The position numbers and the translations under genes are program-made. This document shows positions 15,651 through 29,834 of a DNA stretch of 64,000 nt, piece after piece. The notes under the pieces were generated by a model, which was given only the letters and a program-made list of their open reading frames with translations, made no database searches and was not told the origin of the DNA. The first letter of the stretch is position 1. Every line of letters starts with the position of its first letter. The DNA comes from the human T2T-CHM13v2.0 reference genome, Homo sapiens, in NCBI RefSeq assembly GCF_009914755.1, contig NC_060937.1; one strand, written 5' to 3'.

Positions 15651-17190
15651 CTTTGTACTCATTAACCAATCTCTCCTTACCCACCCCTCCACCCTCCCCT
15701 TCCCAGCCTCTGGTAACCACCATTCTCTTCTCTACTTCTACGAGTTCAGCTTCTTTAGATTCCATGTGTAAGTGAAATCATGCAGTATTTGCCTTTCTGT
15801 AACTGGCTTATTTTACTAAACACAATGTTCTCCAAGTTCTCTCATTTTGCCACAAATGACAGGATTTCCTTCTTTTTTAATGGATTTTATGGATTTCCTT
15901 CCTTTTTCCATTGTGTATATACACATTTTCTTTATCCATTCATCTGCTGATGGGCACTTAGAATGATTACATATCTTGTCTACAGTGAATAAAGCTGCAA
16001 TAAACATGGGGGTGCAGATATTTCCTGGAGATACTGATTTTATTTCCTGAAGATATATATTCAGGAGTGAGATTTCTGTGTCATACAATAGTTCTATATA
16101 ATAGTTCTAATGAATGCATGTTTCAAAACATCACATTGTACTCCATAAATATGTACCATTGTTAATTTGAGGAACCTCTATACTATTTTCCATAATGGCT
16201 ATACTCATTTACATTCCCACCAACAGTGTACAAGGGTTTCCTCTTCCCCACACCTTTGCCAATACTTACCTCTTGTCTTTTTCAGAATAGCCGTCCTAAC
16301 GTGAGGTGATATCTCACAGTGGTGTTGATTTGCATTTCCCTGATGATTAATTATGTTGAGCATTTTTCATATACCCACTGTCCATTTTATGTTTTCTTTT
16401 GAGAAATATCTATTTAGGTCTTTTGCCATTTTTAATCAGATTATTTGAGTTTTTGCTACTGAGTTGAGTTCCTCCCACATTTTTTATATTAACCCCTTAT
16501 CAGATATATGGTTTGCAAATACTTTCCCCCATTTTGTAGGCTGTCTCCTCACTCCGTTGTTTGTTTCCTTTGCCGTGACATCAATTTAATTTGATGTCAT
16601 CTCATTTGTCTATTTTTACTTAGGTTGCCTGTGCTTTTGAGGTCTTATCCAAAAAAAATCTTTGTCCACAACCATATCATGAAGTATTTTCTCTATGTTT
16701 TCTTCTAGAAGTTTTACAGTTTCAGGTCTTTAAACCATTTTGAGTTGATTTTGTATATGGTGAGAGACAGAAGTCTGGCTTCATTTTTCTGGATGTAGAT
16801 ATCTTGTTTTCCCAGGACCATTTATTGAAGAGACTGTCCTTTCTCCATGGTGTGTTCTTGACACTTTTGCCAAAAATCAGTTCAGTAAAAGTGTATGGAT
16901 TTATTTCTGGCTTCTCTATTCTGTTCCACTTGTCTATGTGTCTGTTTTCATACCAGTCTCATGCTGTGTTGGTCACTATAGCTTTGTATTATTTTGAAGT
17001 CAGGTAGTGTGATGCCTCCAACTTTGTTCTTTTTGCTCAAGATTGCTTTGGCTATTTGGAGTCTTTCGTAGTTCCATATGAATTTTAGGATTGTTTTTCT
17101 ATTTCTTTGAGATATCTTTGGTATCTTGATAGGGATTGCATTGAAACTGTAGATTGCTTGGGATAATGTGGACATTTTAATATTAATTCG
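15651..17190 (-). mobile_element. L1MA, inverted segment (ORF2 C-terminus to mid 3'UTR)
   Basis: Minus-strand ORF2 remnants (FNAIPIKIP...[19 protein letters not shown]; CTPMFIAALFT...KCPSADEWIKKM). Confidence 0.9.
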
Positions 17191-17476
17191 GAGGTTCATC
17201 AATGGGTACAAAGTTACCAGTAGGAGGAATAACTTCTGGTGTCCTATTGCACAGTAGAGTGACTGTGATTAACAATATTATATTTTAGATTTCAAAATAG
17301 CTAGAAGAAAGGATTTTGAATGTTCTCGCCACAAAGAAATGATAAATGTGATGTGACGGACATGCTAATACTCCAATTTGATTATAGATTATTATACAAT
17401 GTATGCATATATCAAAACATCACAGTGTACCCCACAAACATGTACCATTATTATGTGCCAGTTAAAAATTTTAAAA
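17191..17476 (+). mobile_element. L1MA distal 3'UTR (sense segment of the same insertion)
   Basis: AATGGGTACAAA...TATTGCACAGTAGAGTGACT...TTTCAAAATAGCTAGAAGA...ATCAAAACATCACA. Confidence 0.85.
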
Positions 17477-17599
17477 TGTTAGGAAGATATTTCAAAGAGG
17501 ACAGCCATCCCATGATGCCACAAAATGTTTTTTTGTGCCACAGTCAAAAAGACAACACCAAGTTGGATAGATCACTGATCTCAAGAAGTTAAACATATG

Positions 17600-18030
17600 T
17601 ATTTCCATATGAGGAAGTCACATATTCTCTATGCAAGTGTAAAAAAAGAATGAGAAAGCTTTTTATGCTCTAATATGAACAAATCTCCCAAATATATTCT
17701 TCAATGAAAAAAACTTGGATACAGAACAATGTACACATTATGCTTCCACTTGTGTAAAAATAATGTGGGGGGAAATATATATTCATATTTGCTTCAATGT
17801 TCATAAAATCTGTAAATGCAACCTACATAAGAAACTAAATACGATGGTTAGTCATTGGGGAAAAGGAGTGGGAAATGGATGAACAGGAGACCAGGCTGGA
17901 GGGAGATTTTCAGTGTATACCTTTATATACTTTTAAATTTATGATCTGTGCAAATGTATTACCTAATCAAAAAACTTAAATTTATTAGTTAAAACATTTT
18001 TAAGGTCAAAAAAAATAAAATAAAATTTTT
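17600..18030 (+). mobile_element. Old L1ME/L1MC-like 3' fragment
   Basis: AAAAAGAATGAG...TCTCCCAAATATATT...TGAAAAAA...CAGAACAATGTAC pattern. Confidence 0.55.
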
Positions 18031-18639
18031 CTGAAAAAAAAAAAAAGTCAGGTGAGGCTCTAGGAAAAATATCTGGCCAGATCCTGGGCTCCTGATGCTC
18101 AGATTTCAGCTGCTAACATATGTAAATGATCCCATCCAGGGGCCCAGCTGTTGTACACTGAAATGTGCTGATGAAACTAAATTGGGATTCTAGAGAACAC
18201 AAATCAAATTGTAAGCAAAATTACTGAAATATACCAGCCCTCCTTTGAAGCATTATAGGCCAACCCAAGAGAAATGACTAATGGATAATAATACACAGTC
18301 CTGACAGGAATCATAAGCTAGGAAGGAAGTTGCATGTAAAATAATAATAAAGAATATTAAATTGCCACTAGGCCCTGCCAGAGACAAATGAAATCAGAAC
18401 AGATTCTCACCACCAGTCACTTACTCAGTCCCTTTAAATATGTCCCAGACAAAGAATGCTTTTGCTCATATTCCCTTTCTACTAGAAAGGAAGGTTTTCT
18501 TAGATCTGGAAAAGGCAAAAAAGAGATGCCCCACCAAAAAGAAGGCCATCAGGGGCACTATACTGCCCAGCCCATTGTCTTTCCTTGGGCAACAGGCTGC
18601 CTTTACCAGCTACCTGTAGAGAAAAGTGTGCACTTTCCA

Positions 18640-19024
<385 letters not shown>

Positions 19025-19369
19025 CTATGTAATTTATTCCTAATTTTTCATTATAAGCTAGCACCTCAGCACTTTAATTTGGGGACTCCCTGGAAGTTTG
19101 CATCTAAACCTCAGTCATTCATCATTAATAAGAAGTGAGCCCCTGCCTGCCTAGTTCTGTTTATCATCAGGATGTACGCCTTGAAGGCCCTCCGCAAAGC
19201 CACCCAGCATGTGCACCTCCCAGCCTCTGCCCACACACATCCCCGTAAAGGACAGGTAGCAAAACACCAGGGCAGAGGACAAGCAGTCCCTAATCTTAGA
19301 TGGTAGCATATTTCAGAGTGTACAGTTCAAGTCACCCTGTGTCCTTCTCCTAGACTTTATTGTCCTAAG

Positions 19370-19575
19370 ACAGCAGTTCTCAACCCTAGCTGCACATTAG
19401 AAACATCTGGGAGATGTCTTTCAACATTTGAGAAATGTCTATAAACATATTTGAAGTCTAGAAACTGCCCCCAAACACTTGGATTTCATTGGTCTGAGAT
19501 GGGGCCCAGGCATCAGTATTTGTTTTTAATTCTCAAAGTTACTCTCATATGCACTCAGCTTTGAGAACCAGAGTA
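19370..19575. mobile_element. MER5-family hAT MITE
   Basis: CAGCAGTTCTCAACCCTAGCTGCACATTAGAA...GGGGCCCAGGCATCAGTATTT...TTGAGAACCA. Confidence 0.8.
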
Positions 19576-20011
19576 CTATCTGCTAACTTTTGTTGCATTT
19601 TAACTCCCATGACTGTTCAGACTTTCTTTCAAGTTCATCTACCCAGGCCTACCCTATTTCATCTATCTAACGTCTCTTCTGCTTTATTTTGCTGCCTGAA
19701 GCTATGGTATTGTCTTGCTCGTCTCCAGACTTAACACAATGCCTGTCAAGAATTTCTGTTCAACTCTATTCCACGTCCTGGCTTCCCTGGCTATCCTCAA
19801 TGGGACACTGACCAAGATTACAAAAATACCCCTGAAGAGTCTGCCCACCCACCTGCCATTCCCCTCCTTCACTTAAACCCGTCTCAAATACGGCAATTTA
19901 TGTAGTCTTTTTTTGTGCAATGCAGTAACATTCAACACCTTGGTCCTCATTTGGGCCAAATCCCTTACAATGGCTATTTCTTTGCTCACCTATACATCCT
20001 CCTTTCTATCA

Positions 20012-20234
20012 TAGGGCTTCATCACTTCAGAACTGTCACCCTTTAGGGCCAAATAATTGTGGAGGCTGTGCTATTCATTAATATGATATTTAGCAGCATC
20101 CTGGTCTCTGCTCACTAGATGCCAGAAGCACGCTTCTCCCAAGTTATGACAACCAAAAATATCTCCAGACATTGCCAAATATTCCCTGGGGAGGGGGAAG
20201 AAGTTTCCAACCCTAACCATTTGAGAAGCACTGC
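20012..20234 (+). mobile_element. MER20
   Basis: TTTAGCAGCATCCTGG...CACTAGATGCCAG...TGACAACCAAAAATATCTCCAGACATTGCCAAAT. Confidence 0.88.
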
Positions 20235-20647
20235 TCTATCTCTATGGCTAGTCTCCCAAACTACTTCAAAGGGGTCGTCTCCTCAGCCACCTGGTATATA
20301 TATTCTCCCCAGTTTAAATTTTTACCCAAGTTTACGATTGATTACTCTAGACCATCTTCCTCCCCCTGAGTTGGCAACCGCCACCTTGGAGTCAACTTCC
20401 CAAAAGAAGCCAACACCAAAACAGCCGAGACAGACCCTCATGCCTGCAGGCTGGTGCGGATGAGCCTTAGGGGGATTCTACAGAACTTATCACATGTATG
20501 GCTTCAAGCCATACAGAATCTATTTATTCTGAAATCTCCTAAAATCATGACTGTGATTTTTCCATTGTATACCTTTGCAGCCCATAAAGACTTTTCTTAT
20601 GCTTTAAACCCTCTAAACATTAAATTAATTTATATAACAGTGACAGT

Positions 20648-20801
20648 GTTTAGAGACAGAGTCTCACTCTGTCGCCCAGACTAGAGTGCAGTGGTATGAT
20701 CTTGGCTCACTGCAACCTCCGCCTCCTGGTTCAAGCGATTTTCATGCCTCAGCCTCCCGAGTAGCTGGGATCACAGTTGTGAGCCACCATGCCTGGCTAA
20801 T
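20648..20801 (-). mobile_element. Alu right-arm fragment
   Basis: GAGACAGAGTCTCACTCTGTCGCCCAG...GCCTGGCTAAT. Confidence 0.9.
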
Positions 20802-21327
20802 ACTAGAACCTTTCTTAACATTAGAAATGCAAACTTGGTTCCTGACTCTAAATATTAATTCTTTCATTCCTTCCTCTGACTTGTGGGATGGGGATTATAA
20901 TGTTCTGGCAAAGCCCTTTGAAATTCCAAATTAGGTGGAAATTCATTTCAATTCAATTTGAGCACCAACTCTTAATTATTTGAGCTAATGGAGAAGGACA
21001 AAGCACCAAAAATAGAAAATCACATAATACAAATGTAAGCACATACTGATACATACAGATCATCTCAAATTTTCAGAAATTAAAAGGTTACCGAAAGTTA
21101 GTAGACTGATTTTATTGTGTGATTCATAACTTTTCCAAATAAAGAATTGCTAATATGTTTGAGCATTATGTTACTGGCATAGCATGACCAAAGGAATGAC
21201 TTTCCATAGTTCCTCATTATATCTGGAGGTGATTTCAATGTTAACATTTTCTTGGCAAGTTTACGCAAGAATTTTTATTCTCTTTGTAATGTTCTACGTT
21301 TTCATGCTATTGTCATTAAGTCCATAT

Positions 21328-21505
21328 TGTTTTTTATTGTGGTAAAATATACATACCATAAAATTTGCCATTCCTACCAGTATTAAGTGTACAGTTTTAT
21401 AGCATCATGCACATTCATATTGTTGTGCAACCATCACCACCACACATCTTCAGAGCTTTTATATCTTCCCCAACATCAACATTTTTAACAGATAGCCTCT
21501 CCCTT
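21328..21505 (-). mobile_element. L1MB 3' end fragment
   Basis: TTTATTGTGGTAAAATATACATA...ACATTCATATTGTTGTGCAACCATCACCAC. Confidence 0.8.
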
Positions 21506-21689
21506 CTATTGACTAATAATCTGCCAAGCATTATTTTAAATTGATTTCCTGTAGCTCTTATTGAAATAAATGTAGTCTCCCAAAAGGATTGTTTTGAAGA
21601 ATGGCATTTACAAATAGTATTAATAGACATTTTATGAAAGAAGATATGCAGGTGGCAAATAAACATATGAAAAATGCTCACCATTAATA

Positions 21690-23220
21690 ATAGAATAGAA
21701 AGTCCAGAAATACATCCACACATTCACAGCCAACCGATTTTTGACAAAGGTACCAAGTATCTTTGAAGAAAGAATACTGTCTTCAATAAATGTGTTGAGG
21801 AAACCAGATACTCACATGCAGAAAAATGGGATTAGGTCCTTATCCCACACCATATACAGAAAGCAACTCAAAATGGATTAAAGACAAATTTAAGACCTGA
21901 AACTGTAAAACTTCTAGAAGCATAAGGAAAACACTTTGTGACATGGGTATGGACAAAGATTTTTTGGATAAGACCTCAACACACAGGAAACTTAAGCAAA
22001 AATAGACAAATGGAATTACATCAAAATAAACAGCTTCTGCACAGTAAAGGAAACAACCAACAGATTGAAGAGACAACCTACAGAGTGGAAGAAAATATTC
22101 ACAAGCTATACATCTGAGAAAGGGTTAATATACAAATTATATGAGGAACTCAATAGCAAGAAACCAAATGATTTTAAAATGAGTAAAAGACCAAAATAGA
22201 CATCAACATTTCTCAAAAGAAGACATAAAAATGGCCAATGGGTATATCAGAAAATGCTCAGCATCTCTAATCATTAGGGAAATGCAAATCAAAACCACAG
22301 TGAGATATCACCTCACACATTAGGATGCCTATTAGGAAAAAGACAAGAGATAAGTATTGGCAAAGGTGTGGGGAAGAGGAAACCCTTGTACACTGTTGGT
22401 GGGAATGTAAATGAGTATAGCCATTATGGAAAACAGTATGGAGGTTTCTCAGAAAATTAAAAATAGAAGTACCATATGACCCAGGAATCTGGCTCCGGGG
22501 TATATATCCACAGGAAATGAAGTCAGTATCTCAAAGAGATATCTACACTCCCGTGTTTACTGCAGCTGTATTCACAACAGTCAAGACAGGGAATCACCCT
22601 AAGTGTTCATCAACAGATGAGTGGATAAAGAAAATGTGGTGTATATACACTATGCAGTACTATTTAGCCATAAAAAGAGAAGTAAATCCTGTTATTTGCA
22701 ACAACATGGATGAATCTAGAGGACATTATGTTTAGTGAGATAATCCAGGCACAGAAAGGCAAATGCCACATGATGTCATTTATTTGTGGAATCTGAAAAG
22801 GCTGAACTAGTGGAAGTAGAGAGCAGAATGGTGGTTCCCAGGGCCTGGAGCAGTGGGGGATGGGGAGGGGTCGGTGGGTAGAAGACGTTTGTCAAAGGAG
22901 ACAAAATTTCAGTTAAGTTCAAGAGATCTATTGTACAACATGGTGACTACAGTTAATAATAATGTGTTGTATTCTTTAAAATACATGAATACTCTAAGGG
23001 AATATTCATGCTGTGGACAAGAAATTTTAAAAAATAATGGTAAGAGCGTAGATTTTAAGTATTCTCAGCATAAAAATGGTAACTACAAGGTAATGCACAT
23101 TAAATAGCTCAATTTAGCCATTTCACAACATACATATTGTAAAATATCATCTCGTAGAAGATAAATATATACAACTTTGTATGTCAATTTACAATGAAAT
23201 GAAACACAAAAAATAAAAAC
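21690..23220 (+). mobile_element. 5'-truncated L1MA (ORF2 C-terminus + 3'UTR)
   Basis: ORF2 remnant KSVSQRDIYTPVFTAAVFT...KCSSTDEWIKKMW; L1MA-type 3'UTR AAGTTCAAGAGATCTATTGTACAACATGGTGACT; A-rich end. Confidence 0.9.
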
Positions 23221-24151
23221 GTTTTTGTCATTTCATAGTTATGCTTCATACATTCCCACTACTCAATGCCTCAGTAACTCCATTCTTCCTCTATTTCTTT
23301 TTCAACAGACAAAGGAACTTATGTTGAAAGAGGAATCTGGTTGTCTCAAAGAGTACATGGAGAGAATATAAGGTTGTTGACTAGACTGGGATGTTTTTGT
23401 ATCTGCAAAATTGGAAAATTTATTTTAACAAATATCTCATTTTGTTTAAAAACATACCATATAAATTGGCTAAGTGATATTAAAACAAAAGCATACTAAT
23501 CATTTTTTAAAGCTGTTAGCTTTTAGACTAAACCATTTTTTGGTTTAATAGATACAAAATATTAACTACTAAGACAGAATTTCCATAAAGTTGTACTAAT
23601 AAGGTTAGTTCCCATAGTCTTAGCTTTATTAATAAACTCGATTTTAGCTGTCCACAGCCCATAAGGACTACGGAAGATTCTTCAGAACATATCTTTAGCA
23701 TTAAGCTACCAAAAAAATCTTTTTAATTTCAAAATTAATAAGCAAATAGCCTCTTTGTCCAACTCTCATAAAACTGCAAACTTTGGCATTGGGGAAAACA
23801 TTTTCATATCATTTTTGTACTAGAACTTCAGACATTCTTATTTTATGAAAGACAAGGACTGAAGTGGATGGTAATGACAGCTACTAAATGTCTCCAATAT
23901 CAATTTCCTTCACAGAACCGCATACAACAATAGTAATCCCCATACAACTCCGAGCCCTAGTTTAAAAATGTCCCTGTAAGGTAATGCCATGTCACAATTA
24001 AAGCAGTGAGCTCCACACAGTTTCTCTCCAAAGCCTGTAGCAATTTTAAATTAACTTCAACCTTTTTTCAAGATAAGGTGACTCCCTGTGTCTACTCTTT
24101 CTTGGCTAAAGACCATTTCTGATTAGTTTCCTATAACTAAATGAAAGCTAA

Positions 24152-24546
24152 TACATTTGTCTGCTCCAGCTGCCATAACAAAATACCATAGACTGTGTGG
24201 CTTACACAACAGAAATTTATTTCTCACAGTTCTGGAAACTGGAGAGACAAGATCAAGGTGCCGGCAGAGTGTGTTTCATTCTGAGACCTCTTCTCTTGAC
24301 TTGTCGGTGGCCACCAGCTCTCTGTGCTCACATGAACTCTTTTTTTGTAAGCAGGAGAGAGTGAACTCTGGTTTCTCTTCCTCTTCTTTTAATGATACTA
24401 GTTCTATTGGATGAGGAATCCACCCTTATGATGCCATTTCACCTCAATTACTTCCATAAAGGACCTACCTCCAAATACAGTAACATTGGGAGTTAGGGCT
24501 TTAACATATTAATTTGGGGGGAACACACACATTCAGTTCATAGCCA
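24152..24546 (-). mobile_element. MLT1A-like MaLR LTR
   Basis: GCTGCCATAACAAAATACCATAGACTG...CTCCAAATACAGTAACATTGGGAGTTAGGGCTTTAACATAT. Confidence 0.85.
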
Positions 24547-25536
24547 CTAGTATCAGCCTTTTAACTGGGAAGTTGCTGGCAGATTTATCAACTGTGTCCA
24601 GATCCACAAAGTAAAATGAAGTTAAAGATGAATGTCAAAGAATTGAAGCCCCCCTAAAGCTCTTTTCAACTGTTAGAGCTAACACAAAAATATTTATTTG
24701 CCTACTTATCCCCAAATTGACTCAAACCTAGAATTAAACTAAACGATAATAACATGAAACTTCTTTGAGAGTTCTCCTTAGATACTGGGAGAAGGAGACT
24801 ATGTATATGTTACAGAGGAGAAATACAACAACAATACAATAAAGTTTCACTCTTGTTTTTTGGTCTTTGCTGTACTTATGTTTTTAAAGTAATACTCCCA
24901 AAACTAGTGGGCAAAATTTTAACTAACAGCTCCGTTTCTGACATTAGCTCATGAAGAGAACTTATACTTTGAACACATGGAGTTCTGGGCAGGAAAAAAT
25001 ATATATATTCACTATTGTAAGGTCAGAGCATCATTGCACAGATCATTTATTTTTTTTAAGTACTTGCAACTGTCATTTTTAAAACCCACAATTCTCACCA
25101 ACAGAACATTTGAAATAGTATACTCCAGCATTTCAGGGAGGTCAAATTTCTTTCCTACAACTTTTAGAGGCACCTTTTGAAACTTTCCAGTTAAGATTTT
25201 CAAAAATCTGTACCAAATAATAGCCCCAGAGGAAAGTATATAATACAGCTGTCAGTGAGCTTGACTTTCGTCATAAAATGGAAACATTGCCGAGCATTTT
25301 CTCCTTTAGCCAGAAATTCACATGGGCTTTGGAGCAGCTGCCCTATAATAACTATTCAGAAAAAAAGATACCTGAATCAATTAGTTCTCATCCTAATCTT
25401 TCTGACTTTCAAGTCAGATGAAAGGATAATCATTTTTATATATTTATTTATGAAACTAGTTCTATTTTTTCAAATATATAGGTATAAAGGGGGATTATTG
25501 ATCTTTCGTAGCATTATTTTAAAAAGCAAAGATTAA

Positions 25537-25834
<298 letters not shown>

Positions 25835-26245
25835 GCAAATATTGGCAAATTTCAAGTTAGTTCTTTTTCTCCCTATATGTGAAAAAAAATGAACTAACAT
25901 AAGCATTCATTAATTTATTCAACTAACCTTTATTGATCCTCTATTACATGTTATGTACTATGTTGAGCCTTGGGGCAAAATAGAAAAATAAATGCTTTTT
26001 CTATTCTATAAATGGGCAAATAGATGTCGAGGGTGAGCTAAGGGCTCACTACATAACAGAATTAGGGCTGCTCTATATAATAGAGGCAAGCAACCCAAGT
26101 CATCAATGAGCCTAAACTCTTCGTTTCTCTTGCATTCCTCTTGCTTAAAAACTGTGATTATTTTTTTTATTCAATGCTTTCCAAAAAGGAAAGACAGAGA
26201 AAGAAGATATTTCCACTGCCCTTTTCTTTCTGTATACAGAAATGA

Positions 26246-26626
<381 letters not shown>

Positions 26627-27299
26627 CCAGGATAATGAATTATTAAGAAATAAATGATAAATAACTGGGGAAATGTTTTCAGTTACTCTAACAAAAGAGA
26701 ACTCCAAATAATTAATTTTAGAATCTATCATTCCTATGCTTCATCTTTTTCACTCTGAAAAAAAGGAGGGAGGGTGAAGCGGAGATCATTCTTAGTAGCT
26801 GTTAAGTGTATTTAACAGAATTGTGAGGGAAAGATAGTGTTCATAAAATTTCAACCATGAAATGTGTGTAAAGTCCAACGATGCTAAGTTTTTTGTCATG
26901 TCTGGTAGTTATAGAAATACTTTAACTTCTATAAGTACTTGGCCAGTTGACCATTTTGCTCTCTGTTGGTGACGGTAAAGGAGAAGGCTGTGTCTCAAAT
27001 ATATTAGGGGCTCAATTAATGGTCGTTGAAGCTGAAAGGATGACTTCGCATTTGGGGACTTCGCATGCATAATAATAGGTGCTCAATACAGTACCTACTA
27101 AATAATTGATGAGGTCTCTCTAAAGACTCTATGTCTCTTGATGATGAGACCTAGGGATTAACAGAACATCAGAGTCTCTCATTCAAACATGGTGTGTCCA
27201 ATATCACTGCAAAGAAATCTCACTCATGCATAACCTGAGAGGTTTGAAGGGAGAATAAAGATGAACAAAACCTGACCCACTCCCCACCACCCCCATTGC

Positions 27300-27980
27300 A
27301 GCCAGGAGATCTGCACATGGCTTCGTGTGGTCCTCTCATCTGGACTCGCATAAACAGCCTCCTTCCTGGTTTCTGACTCCTGGCCATGCCTATCAAACCC
27401 ATTCCTCGCAGAGCCCCCAAACGTTCTCTGCAGAATGGAATTCTCTGATTACTTTACACCTTGCTTAAAATTCTTCAGTAAACCCTGAGAACCAAAGTTC
27501 AAATCTTGTAATGGGTTACGTGAGGCTCACCCTGATCTGGCTCTTACTGCTTCTCTATGCTTTTGTTTGGTTGGTTGGTTTTGGTTTGGTTTGGTTGTTT
27601 TTTTGGTGGGCATAGAGGGCTTTTTGCTTTTGCCATGAGGTTTCAGCAACACTGAGCTGTTTCTAGTTCTTGCTGTCTCCCGATCATTCCTCACTAAGCT
27701 GACCTGGACTTAGCAGGCCTCTCCTCTTTCTCTTCTTCACTTTTAAGCCTTTGCTCTGGTGTCTCCTCCTCTAGCAAGCCTAAGACCTGACTTAGGTATC
27801 TCCCTTTCTGACTCCCTCAGTTGCTCAGACTATCTTAGCCCTGATTTCCAAGTCATTCTATCATTATTTGGCTCTCTTACTGATCCTCAGCACTTCTGTG
27901 TCTTAGTCATCCCCGTTTCCCTATCAGATTGGCACAGTGTGGCACACAGTAAGTACTCAGAGATTTTGAATGAATGAATC
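27300..27980 (+). mobile_element. L2 remnants
   Basis: Ends TGGCACAGTGTGGCACACAGTAAGTACTCAG...TTGAATGAATGAAT, the L2 3' terminus. Confidence 0.6.
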
Positions 27981-29834
27981 CTCAATGGCTGCTCTACAAG
28001 GGGGAAAGTTGCAGCAGCCAAGTTAAGAGTTAATGGCCTAAAACAGCCTCGATGACCTCTTTTCTACTTCGCCCCATCCACTACTCTTAGGAGATCTGTG
28101 AGGGTAAAGAAGGTGCCCTTGGGCCCCAGAGGGACATTGAAACTTCTTACCTGAGCATAGTAAAGCAGAGAACTTAGGAGGCTGACGTTTTCCCTAAACT
28201 ATCTCTCAAAAATCAAGCCCAGTATATGCCAACAGAAGTTCTCAACTCTACCACTACCACCATCGCCAAGTTCCTAACGGCAGAAGAGCGTGCACTCATT
28301 CCTAGGATACTACAAGCTCAGAGTATCTTTAACATGTAGGGTTTTCTCTCTTAAATTCATGAAAATTTCTCAATCCTTCCATAAAATGAAACAGATTTTT
28401 ATAAATCACTTACCAGTGAAAGGACCTAATTCCCCTATCCATAGGTACATATCTTAATTAGTAAAACTGAGATTCCAGAAGGCACCCCATATTTCTTCTA
28501 TAACTTCCCATCCTTTTCCAAATCCCCCCGAGGTGCCTCCTTAAGAAGTATGGGATATAACATGGCTCCTCTAGATATACTGTATACCTAAAACCAAAAT
28601 ATTGGTCATAATTCATTGAAAAAATCTAAAATTTGAAAGGAGGTATAAAACAAAGGGAAGGGGCCTTGTTTCCAATATAAAAGCTACATAAAACTTCACA
28701 CTTATATACCTAATGACTCTAGAGTGATTTCACACCACCCCCACCAATTCCTAAAAAGCTTCCAGTGAATCCCACTGTTTCCATAGTTCCTCAAGAAGGA
28801 AAAAGTACCTCCTGGTCATTTCTCTCTTGGCATCACTTCATACAAAAAAAGCTGGACTCAAATATATTTGCATATATGTAAAAAGACATTCAGTACAGCA
28901 CTCTTTGGAGTAGAAAAAAAATACCCGGAATTTTAAATGCCTATCAATAAAGGACTTACAAAATAAACGACAGCACATCTAGACAATGGCGTGTCATGTA
29001 GAATATCATGTAGCTATCAAACAAAATGAGGTAGATCATTGCCACATGTTCATGCATTGCAGTAGCTCCAGGATATGTAGTTAACAAACAGAAAGCAAGA
29101 CACAGAACAGGTGTGATTTCTACAGAAAAGATAAAAAAAAAAAAAAGGGAGGCCTCTAGGAAAAACTAGCGGTTACTGGAGGAGGGTTAATCTGTATTAC
29201 ATTTTCAAAAAATAATGTGTCTACACACACACACTTTTAAAACAAAAGCTATCCAGAGGAAGTACAGGCAAAAGGAAAGAGGAAGGGTGAAGCCTGGCTC
29301 ACTCTACCCGCCTGACTCATGGCTTCCGGTGCCATAACCCAGACGACTTGTTTCTGTGATTTCTCAATCTTAGCAGCACTGTGCCTTCTTTAGAGAGGAG
29401 GAACATCAACCACTAGAGATGAGGCAGTAAAGTGCCCCCACATCAAAAAATGCAGCTCCTCTTTCCCAACATTTTTTAGAACCTTCTCATGAACTGTACT
29501 TTTAAGTAAAGCACATCTCGAAGCTTCTATTTCCCTGTCCCTATACACAGCAAGTGGCATATGCTGCAGAGAAGTCAAAGAAAATGTTTGTGAAAAACAT
29601 TTCTTCCATATTAAGTACCAGACCGCCTGGGCATTCTTGACAATAAACTCTGGGGAAAGAAGCTATTTGTGCTTGGTCCTGCTGGCCGGTTCCTTGGTGA
29701 AGAGTTCTGATGGCATAATGCTCAGCAGTAGTCCCACAATAATTTGGGAAGTGTTGCCAGTATTTAGAGAACCCCGTAAATGAAATTAGACCAGTGTTCA
29801 AGCCAATCCATGCCAAGGAGCCAAGAGGAATAAT

